Origin: an uncultured Candidatus Rokubacteria bacterium
GTDB lineage: Bacteria > Methylomirabilota > Methylomirabilia > Rokubacteriales > DASRDR01
Reading direction: 5' to 3'
Assembly: GCA_963708025.1 (NCBI GenBank)
Contig: CAVPSB010000049.1
Span: 32,001 to 96,000 of the forward strand
DNA length: 64,000 nt
The notes beneath the pieces were generated by a model. That model did not search any database. It had not been told where the DNA came from and was given only the letters and a program-made list of their open reading frames with translations. Positions 38,501-51,103 of the stretch are shown here, in pieces (within the stretch, counting starts at the first letter, position 1; every line of letters begins with the position of its first letter). Made by a program: the position numbers and the translations under genes.

Positions 38501-39081
38501 CCGGCAGACTCCCGCGGCGTCTTCCCGGCGATGTAGGCCCGGATGAACGCCATGGCGTCCCGCTCGTCCGGTCCCCCGGTCTTCTCCACCAGGACGTCGA
38601 GCCGGTCCAGATCGCCCAGCACCTCCTCGCGGGGCAGGCGGTGGATCCGGGAGGCCAGGATGCTGGCCTCCACCACCGCGTGCTTGGCCCGGCACAGCCC
38701 GGCGAACGGCCGGGCCTCCCCCGTCCCGACGACCCGGGTCACCACGTCCGCCCGCCCGCCGCCCTGGCCCGTCGCCGCCGGAAGCCCGACCGCCTCGACG
38801 GCCACCTCCCGCCAGTGGCAGACGTCCCGGAGCACCGCCCCGCGGACGTGCCGCGCCGGCACCCACGGGAGCGGCTCGTGGGAGAGCGCGCTCTTGACGA
38901 AGTGCAGGACGTTGTCCGTCACGTTGACCACCGCCGCCCGCGACGCCACGAGGTTCCGGTACGTCCGCGTGTTCAGGAACGGTCGGATCGTGATGGTCGC
39001 CTCGTCCCAGACGACGCCCATGGCCGCGAAGTTCGGCTGGCCCGCCGGGTCCAGGGTCGTCACGACGGTCTCGATGATCAC
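38497..39081 (-). CDS. DUF447-family protein (Orf19-like)
   Basis: IIETVVTT, NFAAMG, PF..T.TY.NL, RAKHAVVEASILASR, VEKTGG. Confidence 0.85.
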   Translation of the reverse strand: MIIETVVTTLDPAGQPNFAAMGVVWDEATITIRPFLNTRTYRNLVASRAAVVNVTDNVLHFVKSALSHEPLPWVPARHVRGAVLRDVCHWREVAVEAVGLPAATGQGGGRADVVTRVVGTGEARPFAGLCRAKHAVVEASILASRIHRLPREEVLGDLDRLDVLVEKTGGPDERDAMAFIRAYIAGKTPRESAG

Positions 39082-39980
39082 CGGGGTGGATCGGACCCGA
39101 GCACGTGGTGGAGGCGCACCTGGTACTGCCCGAGCTTGCCGCCGTAGTTGCCGGCCGAGATCCGCACGATGCCCGGCCGGCACGCCGCCCGGACACCGGC
39201 CCGGGTCGCCGCCTCCACCGAGGCGAGGTCGAGTCCGTCGATCACGATCTCGTACACCGCGTTCACGCCCTCCGGCAGCTCGGTCCGGCTGTGCGCCCGC
39301 AAGGTCGGGCAGTAGGCGTCGTTGGTCGATGCCCGCAGCGCCTTGTACCGGGAGCCGACCTTGCTGCCGCTCCGGACGACGCCGCCCGGGAAGGGCACGA
39401 TCACGCCCGGGACCCGCCGGATGGCCTCGACGGCCGCCTCGGCCGCCGCCAGGGCCGCCGCCTGGTCCACGCCGAGCAGCAGGAAATTCCCCCCCGCCAC
39501 CGCCCGCTGCACGGCGAAGGTCTCCTCGCAGAGGAACTCGCCGTCCATCACCGGCACCCGCCAGTAGCGGCGGCCGCCGAGCTTCTTGCTCGCCTGGAAC
39601 CCGTCGCCGAAGAACCGGAGCGAGCCCCCGACCTTGACGGTCTCCTCGCCGGCGGGGAGCCCGTCGAAGCACGCCGTGGTCGGGCACGTCATCACGCACT
39701 GGCCGACCCGGTTCAGCAGCGCCTTCCCGAGCGCCGCCGTGGTGAAGCCGAAGAAGAGGAGGCTGGCCCCCGGCCGGCCGTCGGGGGTCCGTTCGGGCTC
39801 GAGCTCCGCTTCGATCCCGGCCTCGGCGTCACAGCCGATGACCGAGGTGGCGTAGCCGGTGGCCACCGATGCCGCCGTGCGGGCCCAGGCGCGGGTCTCG
39901 GCGGTGACGATCACGCGCGCCGCCCGCATCTTGAACGCCTCGGCGAAGGTGTCCTCGATCTCGACGCCGTTCAGCGTCAC
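39078..39980 (-). CDS. fhcD: formylmethanofuran-H4MPT formyltransferase (Ftr/FhcD)
   Basis: IEDTFAEAF, ATSVIGCDAEAG, TPDGRPG, RVGQCVMTCPT, FFGDG, SGSKVGS, SAGNYGGKLG. Confidence 0.95.
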   Translation of the reverse strand: MTLNGVEIEDTFAEAFKMRAARVIVTAETRAWARTAASVATGYATSVIGCDAEAGIEAELEPERTPDGRPGASLLFFGFTTAALGKALLNRVGQCVMTCPTTACFDGLPAGEETVKVGGSLRFFGDGFQASKKLGGRRYWRVPVMDGEFLCEETFAVQRAVAGGNFLLLGVDQAAALAAAEAAVEAIRRVPGVIVPFPGGVVRSGSKVGSRYKALRASTNDAYCPTLRAHSRTELPEGVNAVYEIVIDGLDLASVEAATRAGVRAACRPGIVRISAGNYGGKLGQYQVRLHHVLGSDPPR

Positions 39981-41652
39981 GCCGCGCCGCCTCCCGCCGG
40001 CCGGCGGCTCGGCGCGTGAGGGGTCGTCACGCGCTCCGGGTGCGGCAGGTAGTCGAGCTCGACCGGGTAGTTCTCGAACTCGATCGTGTAGAAGTCGGCG
40101 AACCACTTCCGGACCTCGGGGACGAGGGCCGGGTCGTAAGCCGGCTCGACGTAGAACGTCCGTCCGTCCACGGTCCGGCGGATCTCGCCGTCCTCGATGA
40201 CCACGTCGCCCGCCTTGACGAGGTAGCGGGGCGCCGCGAACGTCTGCTCCCAGTCGGCCTTGACGTCGAGGATCGCGATGTCGGCGTCGGCGCCGGGCCC
40301 CAGATGGCCCTTGCTGGACAGCCCGAGCAGCCGCGCGGGCGCGGCCCGCGTGATGGTGACGATCTCGGCGAGCGTGTACTCGCGATCCAGCTCGGGCAGG
40401 CGCGTCCCGGCGAGGGCCTTCTGGTTGACGCCCCGCATGGCTTCTTTCCGGAACTCGCCGGTCCATGAGGAGCCGGATGATCCGCGGGTACGCGAGGAAC
40501 GAGCCGCCGTTGGGGTGGTCGGTGGAAAGGACGATCCGCCACGGATCGCGCATCATGAGGAACCACTCGAGCCCGATGGCCCACTGGGTGGTGTGGACGT
40601 GACTCCCCGGCTTGTAGCGGATGGGCACGATGCCGCATCCCTCTTCCAGCTCCACGTCGCCGTTGAACCACTTCCGGCCGGTGAGCCCGTGGAGATAGTA
40701 GCCGAGCGGGCCGTCGCCGGTCATCGAGGTCGTCTCCCCGAACACCACCTGGCCGACGTCGACGGTCAGGTTGTCGTGGGCGTTCACGTACTCGACCAGG
40801 TCGGGGACCCGGGAGGTGAGCAAGCCGCCCGGCTCGCCGCCGTAACAGTGGAACTGGATGTGGGCGAGGTGGGCGCGCCGGCCCTCCAGCGCCCGCATGG
40901 TCTCCAGCGTGGTCGCCCAGTTGCCACCGACCCCGAGGTTGTTGGCGTGGAGGTGGACCGGATGGGGCAGGCCGAGGTCGGTCACCGCCTGGGCCAGCGC
41001 GACGATGATCTGACGCGGCGTCACCCCGAAGGCGGGGACGACGTCGTCGAGCCCCGTGACGTTGCCCCCGGAATCCTTCCAGACCTCGACCCCGCCCGGA
41101 TTGACCACCTTGACCCCGTACCCCTTGGCCGCCCCGAGCAGCCAGGCCACGAAGTGCCGCACCTTCTCCGTCTCCCCGGCCCGGAGGCAGCGCAGGAGGA
41201 ACTCGTTGTTGCCCATCAGCACCAAGAACCCCTTGTCGATGAGGGGCGTGTCGTGGAGCTCCTCGTGGGCGTGCCGCGCTCCCAGCGGCGGGATCGCCGC
41301 GTCGAAGGCGGTCGTGTAGCCGAGGCGCGCGTAGCTTGTAGCCGGTGGCGAAGGTGGAGGGATTGCTCCCCATGACGCCCGAGCGCGTGACCGCGGTGCG
41401 CCGGACCGGCTCGGCCCGGCGGTGGTCCTCGGGGCGCATCTTGCGCGCCGCGTTCACCTTGGGGCCGGCGATGTGGGAGTGGATGTCCACGCCGCCGGGC
41501 ATCACCAGCATGCCGCGGGCGTCGATCGTGCGCGCCGTCCCGTCGAGGGCGGACTCCTCGACGATCCGGCCGTCGCGGACGGCGATCGTGCGAGTGGCGC
41601 CGTCGAGCCCGTTGGCCGGATCGTAGACCTTGCCGTTGACGATCCGGAGCAT
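39977..41652 (-). CDS. fhcA: formylmethanofuran dehydrogenase/Fhc subunit A (amidohydrolase), two apparent +1 indels at ~41335 and ~40460
   Basis: GGVDIHSHIAG, KVVNPGG, HLHANNLG, HIQFHCYGG, TDHPNGG, TRAAPA..LG...GHLGPGADAD. Confidence 0.9.
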
Positions 41653-41684
41653 CAGGCAGGGGTTCCCCTCGCGGCCCGGCGAGG

Positions 41685-43006
41685 TCAGGCGGGGACGGCC
41701 GCCCCCGAGAGCTCCCGCACCCGCCGGACGATCCGCTTGAGGACCTCCTCGTCCGAGGGATACCGGGACGGGAGCGCCGGGCGGAGGCGAATCGGCACGT
41801 CGTCCATCCGGTACACTGTGCCGGGGACGTTGATCCCGTACACGGCCGTGGTGAAGGCCACCCGGGCGATCTTGGCGGTCTCGCTCAGGAACGGGTCGAG
41901 CACGACCGTCGGGATCCGCTTGAGGTGCTCGATCGCGACCTGCGGGAAGTTGGCGACCGGATCGGCCGAGATGATCAGCGCGGCGTCGGCCTCGCCCCGG
42001 GCCAGCAGGTCGACCGTGGTGAACTCGCCGGGATTGAAGCGCGGATAGCCGCGGGCGAAGTTCACGCCGAACGGGTAGCCCGTCGACCAGGACACCACGT
42101 TGTCGGCCCCGGTGACGTTGCCGTGGCCGCGCATCGGCTTGGCCAGGAACCGCGTGAACCCGTTCATGTCGCGGGCCAGGGCCAGGAGGGCCTCGGTGTT
42201 GTAGTGCTTGCCCCGGGTCATCGTCAGGCCCATGCCGAAGAGGAGCACGCCGAACCGGGCGCGCTTCATCCGCTCGATCAGGTCCTGCAGCGTCGCCAGG
42301 GACACGCCGGTCTCGGCCTCGATGCTCGCCTCGACCGCCACGCCCTTGACCAGCGCCCGCAGCGCCCACAGGACCTCGAAGTCCTTGCGCGGCTTGATCT
42401 GGAGGAAGATGTCGGCGGCGCGCGCGCTCTGGGTCCTGCGCACGTCCACCAGCACGATGTACCGGTCCTTGCGGCCGTTGGGGACGAACATCCCCTTGGG
42501 CGTGAGCGAGTACTTGGTGAAGTGGCGCGGGTGGGACTCGGCCGGGTTGCCGCCCCAGAAGATCACCAGGTCGGCCCGGTTCTTGATCTCGCCCAGCGTG
42601 CAGGTCACCTCGCCGACCGCCTGAAAGGCCATGCCCGAGGGGCCGTGGCACACCGAGGTCGTCGTGTCGAGGCAGCCGCCGATCAAGTCGGCGATCTCGA
42701 CGGCGACCCGCTGGGCCTCGGAGGTCGTGTCGGACAGCCCGTACACGATCGGGTACCGGGCTCCGGCGAGGATGCGGGCGGCCGCTCGATCGCGTCACCC
42801 GTCGTGGCCGGCGCCCCGTCGACGAGCGCTTCGGGCCGCGAGCCGTCCGGCTGGTGGTTCAGGAACCAGGCCTTGCCGAGGACGCAGGCGTTCTTCGCCT
42901 TGGTGATCCGGCCGCCCTCGACCGTCAGGTCGATGTCGTCGCACACGCACCCGCAGAAGGTGCAGGTCGCGTTCTCGATCACCCGAAGCTCGCCCGTCGT
43001 CGCCAT
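41685..43006 (-). CDS. fwdB: formylmethanofuran dehydrogenase subunit B with intact metal ligands (one apparent indel at ~42780)
   Basis: CTFCGCVCDD...ACVLG, TSVCHGPS, CTLGEIKNRAD, WGGNPAESHPRH, MRGHGNV, YRMDDVP. Confidence 0.85.
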
Positions 43007-43014
43007 GTGTCAGA

Positions 43015-43103
43015 TCGGGACCTCCCGCCCCCCCAGCCCCCCCTCCCCCGCCCACCGGGGGAAGGGGGGGGCCGGAGGCAACCGACTCCTTCACGCGCTC
43101 TCA
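43015..43103. repeat. intergenic repeat family C, copy 3
   Basis: TCGGGACCTCCCGCCC...CCCCCCCTCCCCC-loop-GGGGGAAGGGGGGG GCCGGAGGC...TTCACGCGCTCTCA. Confidence 0.75.
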
Positions 43104-43117
43104 ACTCCGGGTCGGGA

Positions 43118-43456
43118 TCAGCCCGGAGTCACCTCGACCTCCAGGCCCTTGGAGTCTGGCATCCCCGTCCCCTGGGTGTCTCCCGTCAGGAGCTTCGAGG
43201 ACTCGGGACCGTACGCGATGAACAGCATCCCGGTCGGCAACTCGTCTTTGCCCGACACACATGTTACCTCGATTTCCGCGTCCCGGTGCCGAACGCGCAC
43301 GCGGGACCCGTCGGCGAGCCCGAGACGCTTCATGTCCTCCGGGTTCATCCGGAGGGTGCGGGTCACCTCGCGGTACTGCGCCGACGACTTGTCCCCCACG
43401 CTCGTGCCCTGGTCCGTCGAGCGGCCGGGGATCAGGATGAACCGCTCGGCGGTCAT
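43118..43456 (-). CDS. fwdD: molybdopterin dinucleotide-binding subunit FwdD/FmdD
   Basis: LIPGRSTDQG, MNPEDM..LG, GMLFIAYGP, T.GTGMPDSKG. Confidence 0.85.
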   Translation of the reverse strand: MTAERFILIPGRSTDQGTSVGDKSSAQYREVTRTLRMNPEDMKRLGLADGSRVRVRHRDAEIEVTCVSGKDELPTGMLFIAYGPESSKLLTGDTQGTGMPDSKGLEVEVTPG

Positions 43457-43577
43457 GACGCGGCCGCGCCACCCGGTGCCCGGGCAGCCCGAAGGAAGGG
43501 CCCGCCTTCGGCGGGACCCGACCGAGCCAGCGGCTTCGCCACTGTCCGGCGCCGACGGGAGTCTACGCGGTGCGGGC

Positions 43578-44078
43578 CTAGGCGAACGGGTGCTTGGCGG
43601 TGTCCTTCTGGCCGATCACCGTGTCCACGGTCGGCAGGCCCTTCATCGCCCGCTGGATCGACTCCTTGGTCGCCCGGTAGTTGTAGTCGTAGATCTTCTT
43701 GTTGTCCTTGGCCTCCCAGTGGATGAACACGCCGACCGCCACGCAGAGGTCGTTGGCGTCCGCCTTCGGGATCGTCCCGTCGGCGACGCTGTCCACGACG
43801 GCCTTGGCCACCGCCGCCTGGGCCGGGCCGAACATCTGGACCGCCTGGGTGGCACCCTTGATCGTGACCTTGTTGAACATGACCGTGTCCGGCTTCGCCG
43901 GCACGTTCGGAGCCAGCACGGCGAGCAACGCGTTGTGGCCGGCCGTCTGCGAGGCCAGCCGCTGGGCGAACGCGATGCCGGCGGGGCCGCTCTTGTGTCC
44001 GATCATCAGGTCGATGTGGGCGACCTCGTTGCCGTCACCGACCAGCGATTCGCCGAGCACGAAGGTGTTCTTGTCCAT
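43578..44078 (-). CDS. fae: formaldehyde-activating enzyme
   Basis: [53 protein letters not shown]. Confidence 0.97.
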   Translation of the reverse strand: MDKNTFVLGESLVGDGNEVAHIDLMIGHKSGPAGIAFAQRLASQTAGHNALLAVLAPNVPAKPDTVMFNKVTIKGATQAVQMFGPAQAAVAKAVVDSVADGTIPKADANDLCVAVGVFIHWEAKDNKKIYDYNYRATKESIQRAMKGLPTVDTVIGQKDTAKHPFA

Positions 44079-44191
44079 TCCGTCTTCTCCCGTGTGGTGA
44101 GTGGTGGCGACGTAGCAAACCGAACGGAGTCTGCTGTCCGGGGCTCGGGCCCCGCTTCACCTCCTCTCCGTCACGTACGAAACCAGGGGCC

Positions 44192-44605
44192 CTACCAGTT
44201 GATCCTGCTCGGGTCACCCTGGTAGATCGACCGGATGTAGGCGATCAGCTTCCACACGTCATCGTCCGACAGGTGCCCGTAGATCTTGGGCATCGTCTGC
44301 TCCGGGATCTGCCCCTTGATCAGCTTGACCAGCGTCTCGTCGTCGCTGCCGAACTTCCAGACGTCGTCGAGCAGGGGCATGCCCATCCCCCCGCCCCCCA
44401 TCACGCCGTGACAGGCCGAGCAGCCGTTCTGGAGGTACAGCCCGCGGCCTTGCTGGATCGCCTCGGCTTTCCCGGTGTAGGGGTTGAGCTTCTTCACGGA
44501 ATTGAGCTGGCCGAAGCCTACCGCCAGCGGGGCGAGCAGCAGGCCGGCGAGGACGAGCCCTCCGGCGGCAGCCCGGGACCTCACCGAGCGGCCCTCCGCC
44601 GTCAT
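44192..44605 (-). CDS. xoxG: c-type cytochrome, XoxG-like electron acceptor
   Basis: Signal peptide, NPY, CSACHG..GGGGMG, W.FG, TMP; downstream of xoxJ. Confidence 0.75.
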   Translation of the reverse strand: MTAEGRSVRSRAAAGGLVLAGLLLAPLAVGFGQLNSVKKLNPYTGKAEAIQQGRGLYLQNGCSACHGVMGGGGMGMPLLDDVWKFGSDDETLVKLIKGQIPEQTMPKIYGHLSDDDVWKLIAYIRSIYQGDPSRINW

Positions 44606-45465
44606 TGCTGAAACTTGGGAGGGTTCGGGAGCGCGGGACTGCTGCCTGGGGCCGGACCTTGCGGCGCCGGGCCCCCACTCGTCACTGCCAGGTGAGGCAC
44701 GCCGTAGTCGTCGAGGATCTTGTCGATCTCCGCCTGGCGGCGGGCCAGCGCCCCCTCGAGGTCGGTCTTGAGCTCTCGCTCGCCCTTCTTGACCCCCATG
44801 GAGATGTCGAAGCCCAGCGGGATGGGGCCGTTGCTCTCGAGCGGGACGACCTCCAGCGTGGTCGCGTGCTGCGTCTTGACGAAGTAGCCGGCCCACGGGC
44901 CCCACATGATCGCGGCATCCAGGGTGCCCGCGACGACGTCCTCCATCGGCCGGGTCGGGCGGCTCTCCGGATCGTGGTTCTGCGGGTCGTGGAAGAGCGA
45001 GTACGACACGACGTTGGCGAGGATGCCCCGCTCGGCCAGGAGGTCGTGCGGCGGAGTCCCCCGCTGGACCCCGATCCGCAGCTGCCTGAGGGCCGGGTCG
45101 TCCAGTGACTTGACGGAGAGCCCGCGGTCCTTCCGGTAGACCAGGGCGTACGTCGACCGATAGTACGGCTTCGTCCACAGGACCGGATCGTAGCCCCTGG
45201 GGATCCCGATCAGGACGTCACACTTGTCGGCCTGGAGGGTGTTCCGGACCAGTCCGCGCTGGTGCGGCCACCAGTAATACTGGAGCGGCACGCCGAGATC
45301 CCGCGCAATGACCTCGGCGATCCTGTTCTCGAACCCTTCCTGCCTCTCGTTGGAGAACGGGAGATTGTCGGGATCGCCGCAGACGCGGAGCTCCTTGATG
45401 GGGCCCGCCGTGGCACTCCCGCCGAGGAGCAGCAGCGCGAGAATCACACCGAACGATCGGCTCAC
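44602..45465 (-). CDS. xoxJ: XoxJ/MoxJ periplasmic binding protein
   Basis: LRVCGDPDNLPFS, GFENRIA, TKPYYRSTY, WGPWAGYF, ISMGVKK. Confidence 0.9.
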   Translation of the reverse strand: MSRSFGVILALLLLGGSATAGPIKELRVCGDPDNLPFSNERQEGFENRIAEVIARDLGVPLQYYWWPHQRGLVRNTLQADKCDVLIGIPRGYDPVLWTKPYYRSTYALVYRKDRGLSVKSLDDPALRQLRIGVQRGTPPHDLLAERGILANVVSYSLFHDPQNHDPESRPTRPMEDVVAGTLDAAIMWGPWAGYFVKTQHATTLEVVPLESNGPIPLGFDISMGVKKGERELKTDLEGALARRQAEIDKILDDYGVPHLAVTSGGPAPQGPAPGSSPALPNPPKFQQ

Positions 45466-45525
45466 AGTAATCCCCCGTGCCGACGGCCCGCGACAGGCAG
45501 GATGCGACTGGGAAGGCCATGGGCG

Positions 45526-45558
45526 CCCGGCGCCGGAGGGGTGCCCTCCGGCGCCGGG
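45526..45558 (-). terminator. perfect hairpin after xoxF
   Basis: 15-bp stem CCCGGCGCCGGAGGG / CCCTCCGGCGCCGGG with a 3-nt loop. Confidence 0.55.
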
Positions 45559-45574
45559 GTCTGAGGTTGAAGGT

Positions 45575-47359
45575 CTATTCGAGCGCGAAGACGTGGAGGG
45601 TGCCTCCCAGCGTCGTTGCCTTGTCGAGGCCGGCCTGGTAGGCGACGCCCACCGCGCCGAGCGCTCCGAACGGATCGCCGGGCGGCAGCCCCGCCGCCAC
45701 CGGGAGGCCGAACCACCCACCGACCCCCGAGTAGATGGCGACGTACTGCTTCCCGTCCGGGCCCTGGTAGGTCATCGGGTTGCCGATCGTCCCGGAGGAC
45801 AGCTTGTGCTTCCACAGCAGCTCGCCGCTCCGAGCGTGGATCGCCTTGAACCAGCCGTCCATGGTCCCGTAGAAGACCACGTCACCGGCGGTGGCCAGGG
45901 CGCCGCTCCAGGCCGGGAAGGGCTCCTTGATGCCCCACACCTTCTTGCCGGTGGTGGCGTCCCAGGCGATGAACTCACCCAGGTGCCCGCCGCGGCCGGG
46001 GAACATCAGGACGTTGGCGCCCACGTACGGCGCGCCCGCCGTGTACTTGGCCTCGACGCCCTCGTAGTTCATGCACATGTTGTTGGTCGGCACGTAGAAG
46101 AGCCCGGTCTTCGGCGAGAAGGCGGCCGGCTGCTGATCCTTGCCGCCCATCGCGCAGGGGCAGATGTCCTTGACGTCGACCCCCTGCTTGGTCCGCTTGG
46201 TCGGGTCCTCGATGGGCCGGCCCGTCGCCTTGTCGATCCCCTTCGCCCAGTTCACGTACACGAAGGGCTCGGCGACCAGCAGGGTGCCGTTCGTGCGGTC
46301 CAGCGTGTAGCCGAACCCGTTCCGATCGAAGTGCACGAGCGCCTTGACCATCCGGCCGCCGATGTTGAGATCGGCCAGGATGTGCTCGTTGATGCCATCG
46401 TAGTCCCACGCGTCCCACGGCGTCATCTGATAGCCCCACTTCGCCTCCCCGGTGTCGGGGTTGCGGGCGAAGATGGTCATCGACCACTTGTTGTCACCCT
46501 GGCGGGGCGTGGGGTTCCAGGTCCCGGGATTCCCGGTCGAGTAGTAGAAGAGGTTCAGGTCCGGATCGTACGAGTACCAGCCCCAGGTGGAGCCGCCGCC
46601 CACCTTCCACTGGTCGCCCGGCCAGGTCTGGGTACCCTGGTTGAACTGGCCGTAGTGGGGGTTGGCGGAGTTGAAGTCCGCAGCCAGCTTGATGTCCGAG
46701 TCGGGACCCATGCTGCGCGCTTCCCAGACCTTGTTGCCGGTGTTGATGTTGTACGCGGCAACCCAGCCCCGGACGCCAAACTCACCGCCGGAGACCCCGA
46801 CGATGTAGTTGTCCTTGATCACGAGGCCGGCCATCGTCATGGTCTCGCCCTTGGTGGGGTCGGCGTTCCGGACCTTCCAGACTTCCTTCCCCGAGGTGGC
46901 GTCAAGGGCGATGACCTGGCCGTCGAGCGTACTGAACAGGATCTTGCCGGCGACGTAGTTGACGCCGCGATGGACCAGGTCGCAGCAGGCGACGGGCACG
47001 GCCCGCTCGTCCTGGCGAGGGGTGTACCTCCACTTGATCGGCGCCCCGTCCTTGCTGAGATCCAGGGCATAGATGTGGTTGGGGAACGCCGAGTGCACGT
47101 ACATCGTGGTGCCGACCACCAGCGGCTGGCCCTCGTGGCCCCGGAGCGCGCCGGTGGAGAAGGTCCAGGAAGCCTTGAGCCGCCGAACGTTGTCGGCGGT
47201 GATCTGACCCAGCGTGCTGTAGCGGGTGCCCGCATAGTTCTTGCTGGGCAGCCCCCACTGACCGTCGTCGTTCTGGAGCGCCATCAACTCTGGGTTGGCC
47301 GCCGCCCCCAAGGGACAGAGCAGCACCAACATACACGCGAGCAGGAAGCCACGCCTCAT
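45575..47359 (-). CDS. xoxF: PQQ- and lanthanide-dependent methanol dehydrogenase
   Basis: STGALRGHEG, vicinal CCD, SGGEFGVRG, GNPGTWNP, WDYDGINE (D-x-D lanthanide motif), GGKDQ; no mxaI in the window. Confidence 0.93.
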   Translation of the reverse strand: MRRGFLLACMLVLLCPLGAAANPELMALQNDDGQWGLPSKNYAGTRYSTLGQITADNVRRLKASWTFSTGALRGHEGQPLVVGTTMYVHSAFPNHIYALDLSKDGAPIKWRYTPRQDERAVPVACCDLVHRGVNYVAGKILFSTLDGQVIALDATSGKEVWKVRNADPTKGETMTMAGLVIKDNYIVGVSGGEFGVRGWVAAYNINTGNKVWEARSMGPDSDIKLAADFNSANPHYGQFNQGTQTWPGDQWKVGGGSTWGWYSYDPDLNLFYYSTGNPGTWNPTPRQGDNKWSMTIFARNPDTGEAKWGYQMTPWDAWDYDGINEHILADLNIGGRMVKALVHFDRNGFGYTLDRTNGTLLVAEPFVYVNWAKGIDKATGRPIEDPTKRTKQGVDVKDICPCAMGGKDQQPAAFSPKTGLFYVPTNNMCMNYEGVEAKYTAGAPYVGANVLMFPGRGGHLGEFIAWDATTGKKVWGIKEPFPAWSGALATAGDVVFYGTMDGWFKAIHARSGELLWKHKLSSGTIGNPMTYQGPDGKQYVAIYSGVGGWFGLPVAAGLPPGDPFGALGAVGVAYQAGLDKATTLGGTLHVFALE

Positions 47360-47444
47360 TGCGCCCTCCTTAATCTGTCGGAGTGAAACGTCCCGACCTC
47401 GGATCTCTGCTCTCGGCACAGGGCGCCGACGCCCGCCTCCTCCT

Positions 47445-47525
47445 TCAGCCGGCCAAATCTTCCTGGTACGAGCTCAGCTCCGCGTCCATCTTGATCTCGA
47501 CGCACTCAGGGGTCTCCCACACCAT
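47445..47525 (-). CDS. pqqA: PQQ precursor peptide
   Basis: Manual translation MVWETPECVEIKMDAELSSYQEDLAG* with W..P and E-x3-Y; GGAGGTGA RBS. Confidence 0.88.
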   Translation of the reverse strand: MVWETPECVEIKMDAELSSYQEDLAG

Positions 47526-47617
47526 GGCCTAGTCACCTCCTCTCGACCTTGAAGGGGTCTCAGGGCAAGATTGCGTCCCTCTCGGGCAGAACACGACGAC
47601 CGAGGCACCCCAGAAGC

Positions 47618-47633
47618 AGCAACAGGCGTGCCA
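47618..47633 (-). promoter_or_regulatory. sigma54 (-24/-12) promoter of pqqA-xoxF
   Basis: Minus strand TGGCACG-CCTG-TTGCT, an exact consensus, just downstream of a sigma54 activator gene. Confidence 0.85.
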
Positions 47634-47820
47634 CACGTCGGTCTCCCGTCACCGTGCGCCGATCCGAAGCCCGCCGCCCCGCTGGATCTCAGTTCTACTC
47701 GGTACGTCGCGCACTTGGCGACACCGTCGTCCCACTCGGCCGGCTCGGCCTATCCTCGGCGCCGCCGCCGGGAGACGGATGTCCAGGTGCATTCGGAAAC
47801 CGGTGGTGCAGCATGCAACC

Positions 47821-49851
<2,031 letters not shown>

Positions 49852-49985
49852 CAGGGTCACCTTGGTGTCACCTCGCAGGCAGCGGTGCGGGAACCCGGTC
49901 ACCGGACACACAGGAGGCAGGGAATTCCGTCTCGGCGAGCCAGCGACCACCGGCATACTGCCGGCTCTACTACCGGGTGCCCCTG

Positions 49986-50014
49986 ATCCTAGGGAAGCCC
50001 TCAGCAGGTGTCAA
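49986..50014 (-). promoter_or_regulatory. sigma70-like promoter of the activator gene
   Basis: Minus strand TTGACA-N17-TAGGAT. Confidence 0.55.
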
Positions 50015-50094
50015 GGGTGGGAAACCCGCAGGGACGCCAGCCACCCGCCGGGCCTCGGCGGGGCGGCGGCCGCTAGAAGACCCCTCCGAGGAAA

Positions 50095-51090
50095 CTACGG
50101 GCCGGCCGTGAACCGTTGCCGCTCGAGGAGTCGCGCCGCCTCCTTGGCGAGGTAGGTGATGATGAGGTCGGCGCCGGCCCGCCGGATGGCGGTGAGCGTC
50201 TCCATCACCACGCGCTCCTCGTCGAGCCAGCCGAGCCGAGCGGCGGCCTTGATCATGGCGAACTCCCCCGAGACCGAGTAGGCGGCCAGCGGCAGCCCGA
50301 ACTCCTGCTTCACGCGCGCGATCACGTCGAGGTACGGGAGCGCCGGCTTCACCATCACGATGTCGGCGCCCTCGTCGACGTCGAGACCGACCTCCCGCAG
50401 CGCCTCGACCGAGTTGGCGGGGTCCATCTGGTAGGAGCGGCGGTCGCCGAACTGGGGCGCCGATTCCGCCGCCTCGCGGAAGGGACCGTAGAACGCCGAG
50501 GCGTACTTGGCAGAGTACGCCATGATCGGCGTTTCGAGGTAGGAGGCCTCGTCGAGGGCCTCGCGGATGGCGGCCACGCGGCCGTCCATCATGTCGGACG
50601 GCGCCACGATGTCGGCGCCGGCCTCGACGTGCGAGACGGCCACCCGGGTCAGGAGGTCGACGCTCGCATCGTTCTTGATCCGGCCCCCCTCCACGACGCC
50701 GCAGTGGCCGTGGCTCGTGTACTGGCAGAGGCAGACGTCGGTGATCACGAGGAGGTCGGGGATCGTCTCCTTGACCATCCGCGCGGCCTGCTGGACGATG
50801 CCGTCCTCGGCGTAGGCCTCCGACCCCCGCGGGTCCTTCGCCGCCGGGACGCCGAACAGCAGGATGGCCGGGATGCCCATCCCGGCGGCGTCCTTGGCCT
50901 CCTTGGCCAGCTCGTCCAGCGACAGGCGCGCGACCCCCGGCATGGACCCGATGGGCTCGCGGACGCCGCGGCCGTGCACGGCGAACAGCGGCAGGATCAG
51001 GCTGTCGACGCCGAGCCGTGTCTCGCGGACCATGCGGCGGATCAGCGGGGACTCGCGGAGCCGGCGCGGACGGTACAGGGGATGTGCCAT
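50095..51090 (-). CDS. hemB: porphobilinogen synthase
   Basis: [43 protein letters not shown]. Confidence 0.96.
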   Translation of the reverse strand: MAHPLYRPRRLRESPLIRRMVRETRLGVDSLILPLFAVHGRGVREPIGSMPGVARLSLDELAKEAKDAAGMGIPAILLFGVPAAKDPRGSEAYAEDGIVQQAARMVKETIPDLLVITDVCLCQYTSHGHCGVVEGGRIKNDASVDLLTRVAVSHVEAGADIVAPSDMMDGRVAAIREALDEASYLETPIMAYSAKYASAFYGPFREAAESAPQFGDRRSYQMDPANSVEALREVGLDVDEGADIVMVKPALPYLDVIARVKQEFGLPLAAYSVSGEFAMIKAAARLGWLDEERVVMETLTAIRRAGADLIITYLAKEAARLLERQRFTAGP

Positions 51091-51103
51091 GAGCTGGTTC
51101 TCC

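Noticed and set aside
39078-41225. Apparent FhcA-FhcD fusion ORF (715 aa)
   Set aside because: Caused by the ~40460 frameshift; the true FhcA C-terminus is in another frame and ends at 39977, overlapping the fhcD GTG
45575-47359. Calcium-dependent MxaF
   Set aside because: The DYD motif is present and no mxaI or mxaACKL genes are in the window
49852-49985. Possible riboswitch in the activator's leader
   Set aside because: No recognisable aptamer consensus by eye; an Rfam scan would be needed
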